Shown piece by piece: positions 18,532-29,497 of a stretch of DNA of 32,000 bases. The notes beneath the pieces are model-generated. The model worked only from the letters and a program-made list of their open reading frames with translations, was not told where the DNA came from and searched no databases. The translations under genes and the position numbers were made by a program. This stretch comes from a cyanobacterium endosymbiont of Epithemia turgida isolate EtSB Lake Yunoko. GTDB taxonomy: Bacteria > Cyanobacteriota > Cyanobacteriia > Cyanobacteriales > Microcystaceae. The DNA is taken from positions 2,040,001-2,072,000 of the forward strand of contig NZ_AP012549.1 of NCBI RefSeq assembly GCF_000829235.1, read 5' to 3'. Numbering within the stretch: position 1 is the stretch's first letter; each line of letters opens with the position of its first letter.

Positions 18532-19632
18532 ATGATTCATATAGCTATTATTGGAGCAGGCGTTATCGGAGCAGCAATTGCTTATGAACTGAGTTTAGTT
18601 AAAGGGTTGAGAATTACCTTGATTGATAAACAAGTTTCTGCTTTAGGTTCTACGGGAGCAGCATTAGGGGTTTTAATGGGAATTCTTAGCCGTAAAACAA
18701 AGGGAAGAGGCTGGAAACTTCGTCAAACTAGTATAGAACGCTACAAAACTCTAATTTCTGAATTAGAAATCCTCACTAAACAAAATATTCCTGTTAATCA
18801 TCAAGGAATTTTGATGTTAAGATTTGCAGAAGAACCGATAGGAGAATGGGAAAACCTCATAACAATTCGTCAGTCTCAAGGTTATGACTTGGAAATTTGG
18901 GATCAAAAAACTCTAAATAGAAAATGTCCCCACATTGATAATCCTAGGATTATTGGTGCAATTTATTCACCTCAAGATTTACAAATTGACCCCAAAAAAT
19001 TAACACGAGTTTTAGTTAAAGGAGCTTCTATGAACGGGGTTGAATGTAAGTTTGGGATTGAGGTTAAAAATATTATTTATGATACCTTAAAGGACTCAAA
19101 TTTACACCAATGTTATGAAATTCAAACCACAGAAGGTAATTTAAAAATCGATAAGTTAGTTATAGCTGCTGGGTTGGGAGCAACTCCCTTGACCATTACG
19201 TCTAGTCAGCCTCTAGACATCCGACCCGTTTTAGGTCAAGCATTGCACATTAAGCTCGATAAACTGCCAGGAAATAAAGACTTTCAACCGGTAATCACAG
19301 GAAACGATGTTCATATTGTTCCATTAGGAAATGGGGAATATTGGATCGGTGCAACGGTAGAGTTTCCTGACGAAATGGGAGAGATTATTTCACATCCAGA
19401 ATTGTTAGAAAAAGTAAAACAACAAGCAATTAGTTTTTGTCCTCTTTTACAAGATGCTAAAGTCATAAAAACTTGGTTTGGAAAACGTCCTCGTCCTCAA
19501 GGTGAACCTGCTCCAGTTATTAGAGAATTGCCTCATTATAATAATGTTTTATTAGCTACGGGACATTATCGTAATGGAGTATTATTAGCACCAGCAACCG
19601 CATTAGCTATTCGAGAATATTGGTTTGGCTGA
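18532..19632 (+). CDS. FAD-dependent oxidoreductase of the DAO family, glycine oxidase ThiO-like
   Basis: The N-terminal Rossmann motif is IIGAGVIGAAIAYEL. The C-terminal ATGHYRNGVLLAPATA block is typical of ThiO-type glycine oxidases. It is 366 aa and not fused to ThiG. Confidence 0.75.
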   Translation: MIHIAIIGAGVIGAAIAYELSLVKGLRITLIDKQVSALGSTGAALGVLMGILSRKTKGRGWKLRQTSIERYKTLISELEILTKQNIPVNHQGILMLRFAEEPIGEWENLITIRQSQGYDLEIWDQKTLNRKCPHIDNPRIIGAIYSPQDLQIDPKKLTRVLVKGASMNGVECKFGIEVKNIIYDTLKDSNLHQCYEIQTTEGNLKIDKLVIAAGLGATPLTITSSQPLDIRPVLGQALHIKLDKLPGNKDFQPVITGNDVHIVPLGNGEYWIGATVEFPDEMGEIISHPELLEKVKQQAISFCPLLQDAKVIKTWFGKRPRPQGEPAPVIRELPHYNNVLLATGHYRNGVLLAPATALAIREYWFG

Positions 19633-20073
19633 GCTTATCATGTAAAACTAACGCTTTAAGAGAAGTGAATATAAAGTGAGAAATATTTATTTGTTTGTTT
19701 AAAATTTTTATTAATAATAATTGACCTTAAGAGCCTTCATGACTGAAATTAGTATCGATGGTTAAGTAGTAGAAGTAGATTTTAATTTATTAAGTGAAAA
19801 AATAACCTAAAATTATACAATTAACCTCTATATTCTTAAATAATAAAATTATATAATATAAACAAAAAAGTATTGTATTAATTAATTTGATTCTCTACTT
19901 TACGGATTCTGAAAATTATATTAGATTCAACAACTTCAAAAATATAACTTTATTGTTATGACATTGGGCTAGTAATTTATACTAATCAACCTAGCAGAAC
20001 CAATTTTATAACCATCAAAAGTATAGGTAAGACAAATTAAATGCTATGAATGATACTCATGATCACACAAACG

Positions 20074-20820
20074 TTAAATAAACTGACTCCACCCCCAAGC
20101 GGCAAAAATGGCGACAAACGCTCCAATAAAAGTATTTAAAATATTAACAACTTCATTAGTCATCCAGTCTAATTTTTCCTGTAAAGTTGCCCCAATTAAA
20201 CTTTCTAAACTAGTAGCAATAAAAGCAGAGAAAATACACCAAAACACTCCTGCTAGATTAATTAAGCCAATCCCCCAAGCTAATAAAGCAATTACCCCAG
20301 AAGCAATCACTCCTGCTAAAGTTCCCTCAAAACTGACGGCACCCTCAGTTCCTCGTGGCACAGGTTTTAAGGTAGTGATTAAAAATGTGCTTTTCCCATA
20401 AGCTTTTCCTATTTCAGAAGCAGTTGTATCAGAAAGTTTAGTACTAAAACTAGCAACATATCCTAAGATAAATAATTGTTGCCAAGAAGAATCAGAAGAT
20501 AAAGTCATCAAAGCACACAGTATAGCTATTAATGCTGACCCCCAAACATTTTCTGGACCTCGTATTCCTGAGCGGTTTTCAGCAATTCCTGCTGCTTCTT
20601 TTTCTGTTATTCCAATGCGGGTTACTGCTGAACCCATTAAGAAGTAAAACATAACGACGGTGTAACCTTGCCATCCAAGTGTTCCCCAAACTAAAACCCC
20701 TAATACCCAAGCATGGAGGTATCCAGCAGTAGTTAATAATTTTTTAGGTACAATGAAGGCAATGATGATTAAAAATGAATTTAGACCATTAGCAATGAAC
20801 CAAGGGTTTGCAATTTCCAT
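20074..20820 (-). CDS. DUF92 / TIGR00297-family integral membrane protein (VTE6 phytyl-phosphate kinase-like)
   Basis: 248-aa polytopic ORF. The blocks SDTTASEIGKAYG and PRGTEGAVSFEGTLAG match the DUF92 family as I recall it. Confidence 0.8.
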   Translation of the reverse strand: MEIANPWFIANGLNSFLIIIAFIVPKKLLTTAGYLHAWVLGVLVWGTLGWQGYTVVMFYFLMGSAVTRIGITEKEAAGIAENRSGIRGPENVWGSALIAILCALMTLSSDSSWQQLFILGYVASFSTKLSDTTASEIGKAYGKSTFLITTLKPVPRGTEGAVSFEGTLAGVIASGVIALLAWGIGLINLAGVFWCIFSAFIATSLESLIGATLQEKLDWMTNEVVNILNTFIGAFVAIFAAWGWSQFI

Positions 20821-22028
20821 CTTAATTAAGAGTTAATTAATTTAATCGGATTTAAATTTTTTTGCTAACAAAGCTTTTCTATAAGCGGCTTCAGTTTAAA
20901 TAGAAAATAAGATTGAAACATTTAAATAACCTTCTCTGATTTTTCTTTAAGTTTCATTGTTTATTTTTAGTACCCTCCGGTAGTATTCACTTAAATTAAA
21001 GCAATCTCTCAAATTACTGCAGTTTTTAACAACCTACTTTATTTGAGAGATCACTAAAAGCAATCTCTATGGAAATTCTACCTTATTATCAGGTTTAAAT
21101 TCCAGGTCATAAGTTAGGTTAGTATAATTAATTGGAAAACATTTTATAGATTTTAAGAGAAGATAATAGTCTAAATTATTGTTTATTTTATAAAAATTAG
21201 GTTACTTAATTTTTATGAGTTAAAATTTTTCATCATTAAAAAAGTTTTTTGATACTACACCTTCTGTATTTTAAGCATGACTAATTAACCATGAATTTGC
21301 TAAACTATGGCTTTAAATTTATAATTAATAATCCTCAATGCGGATTATACCTAGTGATTTTAGTACGAGAATAGACCCCAAAAATACAACAGCTTATCTT
21401 GATTGTTTAACTTCACTAGCTAAAAAATTAGCAATACTATTTGTTCTTCTATAAACTAGACAATTTATAAGCTGATTTAACTGTTACTATTGATACTATT
21501 CTCGGTTAGAAACAAAAAATAAATAACTGAATTTAATTATTTGGGCTAATTAGAGCAACATAAACTTTATGCATAATCTTTAATTGTCAAGGGAATATAA
21601 TAGCTAGGGATTTTTATTTTATATGCAATATAAATCGATATAAATTGCAACTAATTTAGTTTACATTAATAGTTATTAAGCTAGTTTGCTAAAACTAGAG
21701 ATAAGACTAAGGTTTAAATAATTGCCAAGAGCATTTTTATCCTATAAAACAGGTGTGTCAATAGAGGGTTTTTAAAAAAATAAAGTAGCACTGGTCTTAA
21801 TATACTATCTATAGCAATAGCACTAATTTACTAACTTATTTTGATCATAATTTTTGATATAAGCCGATATAAGTTAGTATACTATTGTTGGGCTAATTCT
21901 ATATTAGAAGTCTCTTTAAAAAAGAGATACACTTCTTCAATGATTATTTGTTATAAATTAATAACAATTGCTTTTGTGCCATATATTTAAACACGTATCC
22001 CTAAATATAACATTAAAGTTTTTAGGTC

Positions 22029-22051
22029 AAAAAAGGTGGGCATCGCCCACC
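22029..22051 (-). terminator. Rho-independent terminator of typA
   Basis: On the minus strand the hairpin GGTGGGC-GAT-GCCCACC is followed by T6 (plus-strand A run 22029-34). It begins about 24 nt after the typA stop (22075-77). Confidence 0.75.
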
Positions 22052-22074
22052 CTAGATTATTTTAAGTTTGGAAT

Positions 22075-23868
22075 TTAGCGTTTGGCTAATTTTTGAGTTT
22101 TTACCTTCCGTAGACGAATGGATTCAGGCGTTACTTCTACTAATTCATCAGCCCCAATATATTCTAATGCCCGTTCTAAACTCATTTCTTCGGGGGCTTG
22201 CAATTGGATTAATTCATCTCCAGTCGCAGAACGATGGTTGGTCAATTGCTTAGTTTTGCAGACGTTTAATTCCACATCTTGAGGACGGTTACTTTCTCCA
22301 ATAATCATTCCTTTATACACTTTGGTTCCAGGAGTGATAAAAAAGATACCGCGATCTTCGGCGTTTTTCAAAGCATAGAATGTTGCAACTCCTTCTTCAA
22401 AAGAAGTAATCACTCCGTTGTAACGAGTTCCTAAATCTCCGGAAATGGGACGATATTCCAAGAAACTATGGTTCATAATCCCCTCACCCCGTGATATACG
22501 GATGAAATCTCCACGAAACCCAATTAAACCTCGGGCTGGAACCACAAATTCCAATTGAGTCCGTCCGTTGATTCCAGTTTGCATATCTTTCATTTCCCCT
22601 TTACGTTCTCCCAAGCGTTCAATACAAGAACCAACTGCTTGTTCAGGAATATCCAAGACTAAATATTCAAAGGGTTCACAGGGTTGGCCATTTACTTCCC
22701 GATAGATAACTTGGGGTTGGGAGACTTGGAATTCATAACCTTCTCGACGCATGGTTTCAATTAAAATACCGAGGTGTAATTCTCCCCGTCCGGATACCCC
22801 AAATTTATCGGGTGACTCGTTTTCTTCAACTCGTAAAGCAACATTGGTTTCTAATTCTCGTATTAAGCGATCACGGATTTGTCTTGAGGTAACATAAGTT
22901 CCTTCTTGTCCAGCAAAGGGAGAGTCGTTGACAGAAAAGGTCATTTTTAGGGTAGGTTCGTCAACTTTAATTAAAGGTAAAGGCTGAGGTTCATTGGGAC
23001 AGGTTAAAGTTTCCCCAATATTAGCATCTGCAAATCCAGCCACTGCCACTAGATTACCAGCACTCGATTCTTCAAGTTCTACCCGTTGCAGCCCTTCGAA
23101 CCCGAGTAATTTACTAATTTTTCCTTTAACCATACTGCCGTCTTCTTTTATCAAAGCAGCTTGTTGACCTGCTTTAATCACCCCATTATGAATGCGACCA
23201 ATAATGATCCTCCCTAGATACTCAGAATAATCGAGGGTAGTAACTTGCAATTGTAAGGTTTTAGTCGGATCGCCAGCCGGTGGGGGAATATGGTTCAAAA
23301 TTGCTTGAAATAGCGGTTTCATGTCTACCTCTTCATCTTCTAAGCTATTTTTTGCAAAACCGGATAAACCCGAGGCAAATAGGGTCCTAAAATCGCATTG
23401 ATCATCATCTGCACCAAGTTCTACGAACAGATCGAAGACTTTATCTACAGCAATATTAGGGTCAGCTTGGGAACGGTCAATTTTATTAACGACCACAATG
23501 GGACGTAACCCCTTTTCTAAAGCTTTTTTGAGAACAAAACGAGTTTGGGGCATCGGACCCTCATTAGCGTCTACAATCAAAATACAGCCATCTACCATCC
23601 CTAAAACCCGTTCTACTTCTCCTCCAAAGTCTGCGTGACCAGGGGTATCTACAATGTTAATCAGGGTGTCTTCATAGCGAACTGCTGTATTCTTTGACAA
23701 AATGGTGATTCCTCTTTCCCTTTCTAGGGTATTGGAGTCCATTACACAGTCTGGGATCTCTTCCCCTTCGCGAAAGATACCGGACTGTTTGAGAAGAGCA
23801 TCAACCAGGGTGGTTTTACCGTGATCGACGTGGGCGATAATAGCAACGTTGCGGATGGGAAGAGACAT
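22075..23868 (-). CDS. typA: Translational GTPase TypA/BipA
   Basis: The sequence begins [40 protein letters not shown] and NKIDR are the G motifs. The 597-aa length and the EF-G-like domain order fit. Confidence 0.95.
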   Translation of the reverse strand: MSLPIRNVAIIAHVDHGKTTLVDALLKQSGIFREGEEIPDCVMDSNTLERERGITILSKNTAVRYEDTLINIVDTPGHADFGGEVERVLGMVDGCILIVDANEGPMPQTRFVLKKALEKGLRPIVVVNKIDRSQADPNIAVDKVFDLFVELGADDDQCDFRTLFASGLSGFAKNSLEDEEVDMKPLFQAILNHIPPPAGDPTKTLQLQVTTLDYSEYLGRIIIGRIHNGVIKAGQQAALIKEDGSMVKGKISKLLGFEGLQRVELEESSAGNLVAVAGFADANIGETLTCPNEPQPLPLIKVDEPTLKMTFSVNDSPFAGQEGTYVTSRQIRDRLIRELETNVALRVEENESPDKFGVSGRGELHLGILIETMRREGYEFQVSQPQVIYREVNGQPCEPFEYLVLDIPEQAVGSCIERLGERKGEMKDMQTGINGRTQLEFVVPARGLIGFRGDFIRISRGEGIMNHSFLEYRPISGDLGTRYNGVITSFEEGVATFYALKNAEDRGIFFITPGTKVYKGMIIGESNRPQDVELNVCKTKQLTNHRSATGDELIQLQAPEEMSLERALEYIGADELVEVTPESIRLRKVKTQKLAKR

Positions 23869-25511
23869 AGATAATGAAATGGTAAAAAAGTTTAGAAATG
23901 TTACTATAGATTTATTAACTACTCTAGCTTATATGATTATAGTAGCAGTCGGCTAAGTTTTAGGAAATAGACAATAAGCAATCGGCAATAAATTACAGTC
24001 TAATTAATTAGGATGAAGAAGAGACATAATAATAGAGCTTTATTATTGAGAATAATGGCTTCTTTAGGGAAAAAATTTTTTGCATCTGCTGCTATATTTC
24101 AGATAACTTAAATAGTTGTTAACGAACTTTAGTATAAATATTTTAAAAAATAAAATATTTAATTATTCTAAACTGACAAATCTGTTAAGGATAAATAATC
24201 ACGTACAACATCTCTTGATAAAAATTTAAAATATAATATAAAGTTTGATTATTGACAATAGATTAATATAAAAAAAATAACCTAAAAATAAAATTTATTT
24301 AGCTTTTTATTTAAACTAAATAATGTTGAATTTAATCCCTTTAATTAATTTGCATATATAGCATTAAATACCTAATTCGGTTTAATGAAGAAGATTTTTA
24401 ATGTAGTGACTTTAATTTCAATCGATTAAAGTAAAGAATACTAAAAATATTAGTTGTACTAACAAGTACAGATATATTTCATAAATAGTTCCATTGAAAT
24501 CATAGAAAATAGTAATAAGATCAATCAATAAAATTTTACAACTAGCAGAGTGTTTAAAGTTAATTTAAGTCTTGTCAATTGTCTCATTAGATATAATGTA
24601 TATAACCATTTATTCAGAGCTAAAGAAATTTTTAAAAAATTGAGACTAAAAAACTTAATATTGTGTAACAATTGCATGAATAATATCATGATGTTTTTTT
24701 ACAAAAACTAAGTCCTCGCTTACTCAGTAAAATAGTGATTAAAGTTTATATTACCACCATAAATAGCTTATTACTATATTTTAATTTAGTTTGAGAATAA
24801 ACACATCATATATTAAGAAGTTTACATAGATAAAATTTACCATTTAAGACATAAATATTCGACGATACTTATATATTTAGGCAACCTCAAGGAAAAAGAG
24901 GTTATGGAAAATATTTCAACAATCGAGGAAAAAATATTATTTTTGATTAAAGTATTTATTGTATAAGTATTTTTAATGTATTTTTTATGTGAATTAAAAA
25001 CAAAAAAAAATTATTTTAAATAACAAACTTTTAATGCTATCAATATAGCCATAAATTTATGTATATATAAATGATTTACAGGTTTATAAAAAAAATAAAA
25101 TATAGAAATAAAATAGGGTATATAGGAGTAGAGTTTATATCTGTATACTCTAATTTTTTTATTTTTAATTCCGTTAAAACCTACTATAGAAAAAATAATA
25201 AATCTTGCTTAACTAAAGAATCTTGCAATTTCCTGAATCTCAATTAAGCTATCAACAAAACGATTGGTTTAGCAAACGCTAAGAATATAACTGGCTAGTT
25301 TACTCAACTGCTGTTATCATGAGTTACCTATTTGAAACCCGCTATAATCGCTGATCTAGCAACAATCAAAATTACTTATTGAACATGATCTTAATCTCCT
25401 CCCCGGCTCACAAAGATAAACTATATTTATATAAAAAATGTAGAATAATTAAATTATCATCGTTTGTCAAACATTACTTGTTAATTGATATCAGGAAAAA
25501 ATTTTAATTCT

Positions 25512-25982
25512 ATGGCTATTGAAATTGAGCGCAAATTTTTAGTTAAGGGAGATGCTTGGCGCTCCTGGGGACAAGGAAAAATCTATCGACAGGGGTATAT
25601 TCTAACCCAAAATGAAATGACTACCGTTCGGATAAGAATTGTGGAGGATTGTGCTTTCTTAACATTTAAAGCAAAAACCAAAGGATTTTCTAGAGAAGAA
25701 TTTGAATATTCTATTCCTTTAGAAGATGCAGAAATAATATTAAAAAATCTATGTGATTATCCTTTGATTCAAAAAATTAGATACCGAATACACTTAAAAA
25801 ATTTAGTTTGGGAAGTGGATGAATTTCAAGGAGAAAATGAAGGATTAATTTTAGCGGAGGTAGAATTAAGTTCTGAGGACCAATATTTTGAGTTGCCAGC
25901 TTGGATTGGTGAAGAGGTAACCCAAGATTTAAGATTTTATAATGTGAATTTAGCCAAACATCCTTATTCAATCTGGAAATAA
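25512..25982 (+). CDS. CYTH domain protein (CyaB/ThTPase-type triphosphate tunnel metalloenzyme)
   Basis: The N-terminus MAIEIERKFLV carries the CYTH ExExK signature, followed by the beta-rich pattern ending EVELSSEDQ. ATG 25512 is preferred to TTG 25485. Confidence 0.85.
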   Translation: MAIEIERKFLVKGDAWRSWGQGKIYRQGYILTQNEMTTVRIRIVEDCAFLTFKAKTKGFSREEFEYSIPLEDAEIILKNLCDYPLIQKIRYRIHLKNLVWEVDEFQGENEGLILAEVELSSEDQYFELPAWIGEEVTQDLRFYNVNLAKHPYSIWK

Positions 25983-26044
25983 ATTTTTATAACAAGTTGT
26001 TAGATATAATGCTATTAGCTGTTTACCGTTTTTTTATATCTCAA

Positions 26045-26989
26045 ATGAATCGTGAATCTGACCTTATTTCTCTATCAACTATACCAACTGCACCAGCAGG
26101 ATTTAAGTCTGGTTTTGTTGGGATTATTGGTCGTACAAACGTGGGAAAATCAACTCTAATGAATCAATTAGTAGAGAAAGAAATTGCCATTACTTCTCCT
26201 ATATCCCAAACTACTCGTAACCGCTTAAGAGGAATTATAACCACTAAAGAAGCACAAATTATTTTAGTTGATACTCCAGGAATTCATAAACCTCACCATC
26301 AACTCGGAAAAATTCTAGTACAAAATGCTAAATTTGCAATTAACTCTGTTGATATTGTTCTCTTTATTGTTGACAGTTCTGTTCCAGCAGGAGGAGGTGA
26401 TCACTATGTTGCTGAACTCTTAAGAACTTCTCCTAACCCAGTTATTTTAGGACTTAACAAAACCGATAAACAACCCTCAGATTACCATCTTTTAGATAAA
26501 AGTTATTTAACTCTAGCTCTACCTTATGATTGGCCAGTTATTAAGTTTTCAGCTTTAACTGGAGAAGGATTAAAGCCGTTACAAAAGGCATTGATAAATC
26601 ACCTTACTCCTGGTCCTTATTATTACCCACCAAATCTAGTTACTGATCAACCTGAACACTTTATTATGGGGGAATTAATTCGAGAACAAATATTACATAA
26701 AACTAGCCAAGAAATTCCTCATTCTGTTGCAGTTGTTATTGAAAAAGTTAAAGAAACTTCTAATATAACTTGTGTTTTCGCTGCAATTAATGTAGAAAGG
26801 GACTCACAAAAAGGGATTATTATTGGCAAAAAGGGGAATATGCTTAAAGCCATAGGAAGTGCTGCAAGAGAACAAATACAAAAACTAATCATGGGAGAAG
26901 TTTATTTAAAAATTTTTGTAAAAGTCAAACCAAAATGGCGACAATCAAGTCTATGTTTGTCAGAATTTGGTTATCGGTTTGAATCTTAA
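26045..26989 (+). CDS. era: GTPase Era
   Basis: G1 is GRTNVGKSTLMN, G3 is DTPG and G4 is NKTD. The C-terminal KH domain reads VERDSQKGIIIGKKGNMLKAIG. Start ATG 26045 was chosen by N-terminal length relative to other Era proteins; ATG 26009 and TTG 25997 remain possible. Confidence 0.92.
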   Translation: MNRESDLISLSTIPTAPAGFKSGFVGIIGRTNVGKSTLMNQLVEKEIAITSPISQTTRNRLRGIITTKEAQIILVDTPGIHKPHHQLGKILVQNAKFAINSVDIVLFIVDSSVPAGGGDHYVAELLRTSPNPVILGLNKTDKQPSDYHLLDKSYLTLALPYDWPVIKFSALTGEGLKPLQKALINHLTPGPYYYPPNLVTDQPEHFIMGELIREQILHKTSQEIPHSVAVVIEKVKETSNITCVFAAINVERDSQKGIIIGKKGNMLKAIGSAAREQIQKLIMGEVYLKIFVKVKPKWRQSSLCLSEFGYRFES

Positions 26990-27235
26990 ATCTTGTTTTT
27001 TCTGAAAATAAAAAGTGATTAAAAATTACATCTTTATCTCAAATTTTTTATTCTTAGCTACTTTAAATATAGTATAAAAAATTCTATATGTTTCCACTAA
27101 AAATTTGTGTATTCGTGTTGCTAATGAAAAAAATTTTATCAATAAAAAGTGCGGAAACTTAGTTGAAATTCTAATAGGAGTTTATAGCTTTATCAAGGGT
27201 TACAATATTGAATTAGTTCTCAATTAGGAAAACTC

Positions 27236-27639
27236 ATGAGTGATCGAACTCCTGCTTTTACTACTTTTAACTGTCTTTGTCAAAAAGAATTTAATCCTGA
27301 TAATAGTTTTGGAAGTTATTAGCTACTTATTTATTAAACTTAGTCCAAAGTAACTGTTGTTTTTATCGTTTGTGCTTCAATAAACTAGTAAATTTAGAAG
27401 TGGGTGATACTCTCGAAGTATTAGTTATTGGCTAGATACCCGAAATTAGGAATAGCATTGATTTCTATTTAAATAAACCTAAATCAGTTAAATAGGTTCA
27501 ACTAGAAGAAATCAATCATGAACAAGATGCCCTATATTATGAAGTACACAATAAAGAGGTAGCTATCTTAAAAAAAGAGGAAAATATATTTGTCTTACGT
27601 AATAAAGAATTTTACTCGACTTTCACCGGTGGAGGATAA
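27236..27639 (+). pseudogene. Decayed small gene, possibly TusA/SirA-like sulfurtransferase fold
   Basis: ATG 27236 opens a 28-codon frame (MSDRTPAFTTFNCLCQKEFNPDNSFGSY*). A second frame (27307-27639, 111 codons, two in-frame TAGs) reads ..CFNKLVNLEVGDTLEVLVIG*IPEIRNSIDFYLNKPKSVK*VQLEEINHEQDALYYEVHNK.. This loosely fits the C..L..G..LEVL..D-P....DI....G pattern of TusA-like proteins. The family call is weak. Confidence 0.3.
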
Positions 27640-27998
27640 TCGATAAAATATAAAAATTTTTGCTCTAATATCGTAAAAGAAACAATTAGTTTATTTACAG
27701 AATATCCAGAGAAAGGGATGCCAGCATGTCCCAATAAGATGATTCGATTTTATTTCCTTTCAATAATTTAGATGGTTTGTGAGTACAGATCATAATAACA
27801 GTTTTTGAGTAGTGTTACCCCTAGAAGAAAATATGATTATTCAGCCTTTAATCTATTAAATAATAGTAAGTTTGTTGAATGTATTTTTGATCTCGATGCC
27901 AAAACTATATTTGTCGATATTTATCTCTTTGTTTTACTTACTCTATTTAGAAAAATTGTGATAAAAAAGTTTAGTAATGTAACAGTTAATTGTGACTA

Positions 27999-28632
27999 AT
28001 GAATCAAAATTATAAATATATTCTAGATTGTTAGTTCAGCCAATCCACTTCTATTGATTATGGTAATCCTCAAAAATTACGGATTGTTAAAGATTTTAAA
28101 GTCGACTAAGCTGTGTGATCTCACTTTTTACCTGCCGACGAATTGCTTGCTCCTCAGCAATTAGATAAGTGGAATAAATCTCCATTGAGTTGTCTAGCTT
28201 TAATTATTTTACTGGATCAATTTTCTCGTAATATGTTTCATCAACAACCCTAGTCATTTGCAACAGATGCTCAAGCTTTAGAATTAGCTAGATATGCTAT
28301 CTATTAAAAATTTAATCGTCAATTATTTACTGTACAAAGGTAGTTTATTTATCTCTCTTTTAAACATAGTAAAAATTTGCTTTATCTATACCAAGCAGTT
28401 ATTTTATTTTCAACCTTAAGATCCGTCTTCTGGAAGAAGCGGTGACACGGTGTATTTATATTTTTTGTCCAGCTATTTTACGGGGGATGATCCTGATAGT
28501 ATCAGTACCATTGAATATACTTACCAGCATTTAAAAGTTATTGAACGTTTCCCTCACCGCAACCAAATTTTAACACGTGTTAGTACCGCCTATAAATTAT
28601 ACATTCTAAAATGACTTGAGTCTTCTTTTCTA
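27999..28632 (+). pseudogene. DUF924 family protein pseudogene
   Basis: From ATG 27999 the frame reads MNQNYKYILDC*FSQ (stop 28032-34), then in the same frame SPLSCLALIILLDQFSRNMFHQQP* (stop 28251-53), SFATDAQALELARYAIY* and so on. The C-terminal block YTYQHLKVIERFPHRNQILTRVSTAYKLYILK*LESSF is in the +1 frame. LALIILLDQFSRN and RFPHRN..L.R.ST are the DUF924 hallmarks as I recall them. Confidence 0.8.
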
Positions 28633-28768
28633 GGTGAAATCCAATTTCCTGAAGTATAGCTATACATTAAAGCCTGCATTTGTATTTCAAGTTAATAACA
28701 ACAGTTTTATTTTAATTAAAGAGCGATCATACGTTAATAACCCTTGACTGTTACTCTTGATTTATAAA

Positions 28769-28997
28769 TTAATCTGCTTTTTCCCCGGCTAAATCCATAT
28801 ATTTACCGTGTTTAGGAGTCAATACTTGAGTTGATAGTTTATGTCGCGCTAACATTTGTTGGAACTCTTGTATTGTTCTTTCTGTTTTGAGTATGACCGT
28901 TAACACCCCTTCGTATTCTGCACTTCCTGCAGCTACTGCAGAGAGAATAACTCTGGATTGATAGCTACTTACAGAATTGTAATGTGTTTTTTGTCAT
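28769..28997 (-). pseudogene. Small ORF (about 75 codons) interrupted by a +1 frameshift in an A6 homopolymer
   Basis: ATG 28997 gives MTKNTLQFCK*. The adjacent frame (28981 down to 28769, with an upstream stop at 28994-96) reads YNSVSSYQSRVILSAVAAGSAEYEGVLTVILKTERTIQEFQQMLARHKLSTQVLTPKHGKYMDLAGEKAD*. Removing one A from the run (plus-strand T6, 28987-28992) joins them as MTKTHYNSVSS... The family is unknown. Confidence 0.4.
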
Positions 28998-29497
28998 TGA
29001 AGAACGTGTAATATATGAAGAATACTAGTTCCCAATAGTAAATTGCCCTATCAATAGGGATTTAATGTTTCAAAATTGAATTATGATAACCGTGAGGTTT
29101 GCAATAAAAACGATTTTTATTAACTAAATCCGTGAATTATATAGCAATTTTCTGTTAATTGAGAACTAATGAAAGAACCAGAAACCGCTTTTACTTTAAA
29201 AATGTCTTCGGAGGAGTTAATTTTTACACAGCAAAAAAATGTTACCTGAGTGCAACCTAGATTTTTGAGCACTTTAGCTGCATTAGGAAATTTTACTACC
29301 CGAATAACCCCTGAGAAAGTAAAATTAAGTCAATAGGTTCCTTGATAGAATAAAATGTGGACTTTATTTTCTTAAACAACCACACCAGACCATCAGATAG
29401 GAAAAAACACTAACAAAGAGCCAAAAGGTTTGAGGTTAAGCATTACATCTCCTTTCTTAGGGTAAATATTTATTACTTGACTGATAATAGATTCTCA

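Noticed and set aside
20108-20401. 97-aa ORF antisense to the DUF92 membrane protein gene
   Set aside because: A shadow ORF within a confidently framed polytopic protein gene.
22068-22253. 61-aa ORF antisense to the typA 3' end
   Set aside because: A shadow ORF. Its start would lie inside the typA terminator region.
25777-25971. 64-aa ORF antisense to the CYTH gene
   Set aside because: A shadow ORF inside a motif-supported gene.
27805-27999. 64-aa ORF in the era-downstream desert
   Set aside because: It has a non-ATG start, an AT-rich low-complexity translation and no RBS. It ends exactly at the ATG of the DUF924 pseudogene, so it is probably the former upstream spacer.
29160-29340. Short frames MKEPETAFTLKMSSEELIFTQQKNVT* / VQPRFLSTLAALGNFTTRITPEKVKLSQ* that look like a small decayed gene (possibly antitoxin-like)
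   Set aside because: I cannot place it in a family and the evidence is only a short interrupted frame. It is left unannotated.
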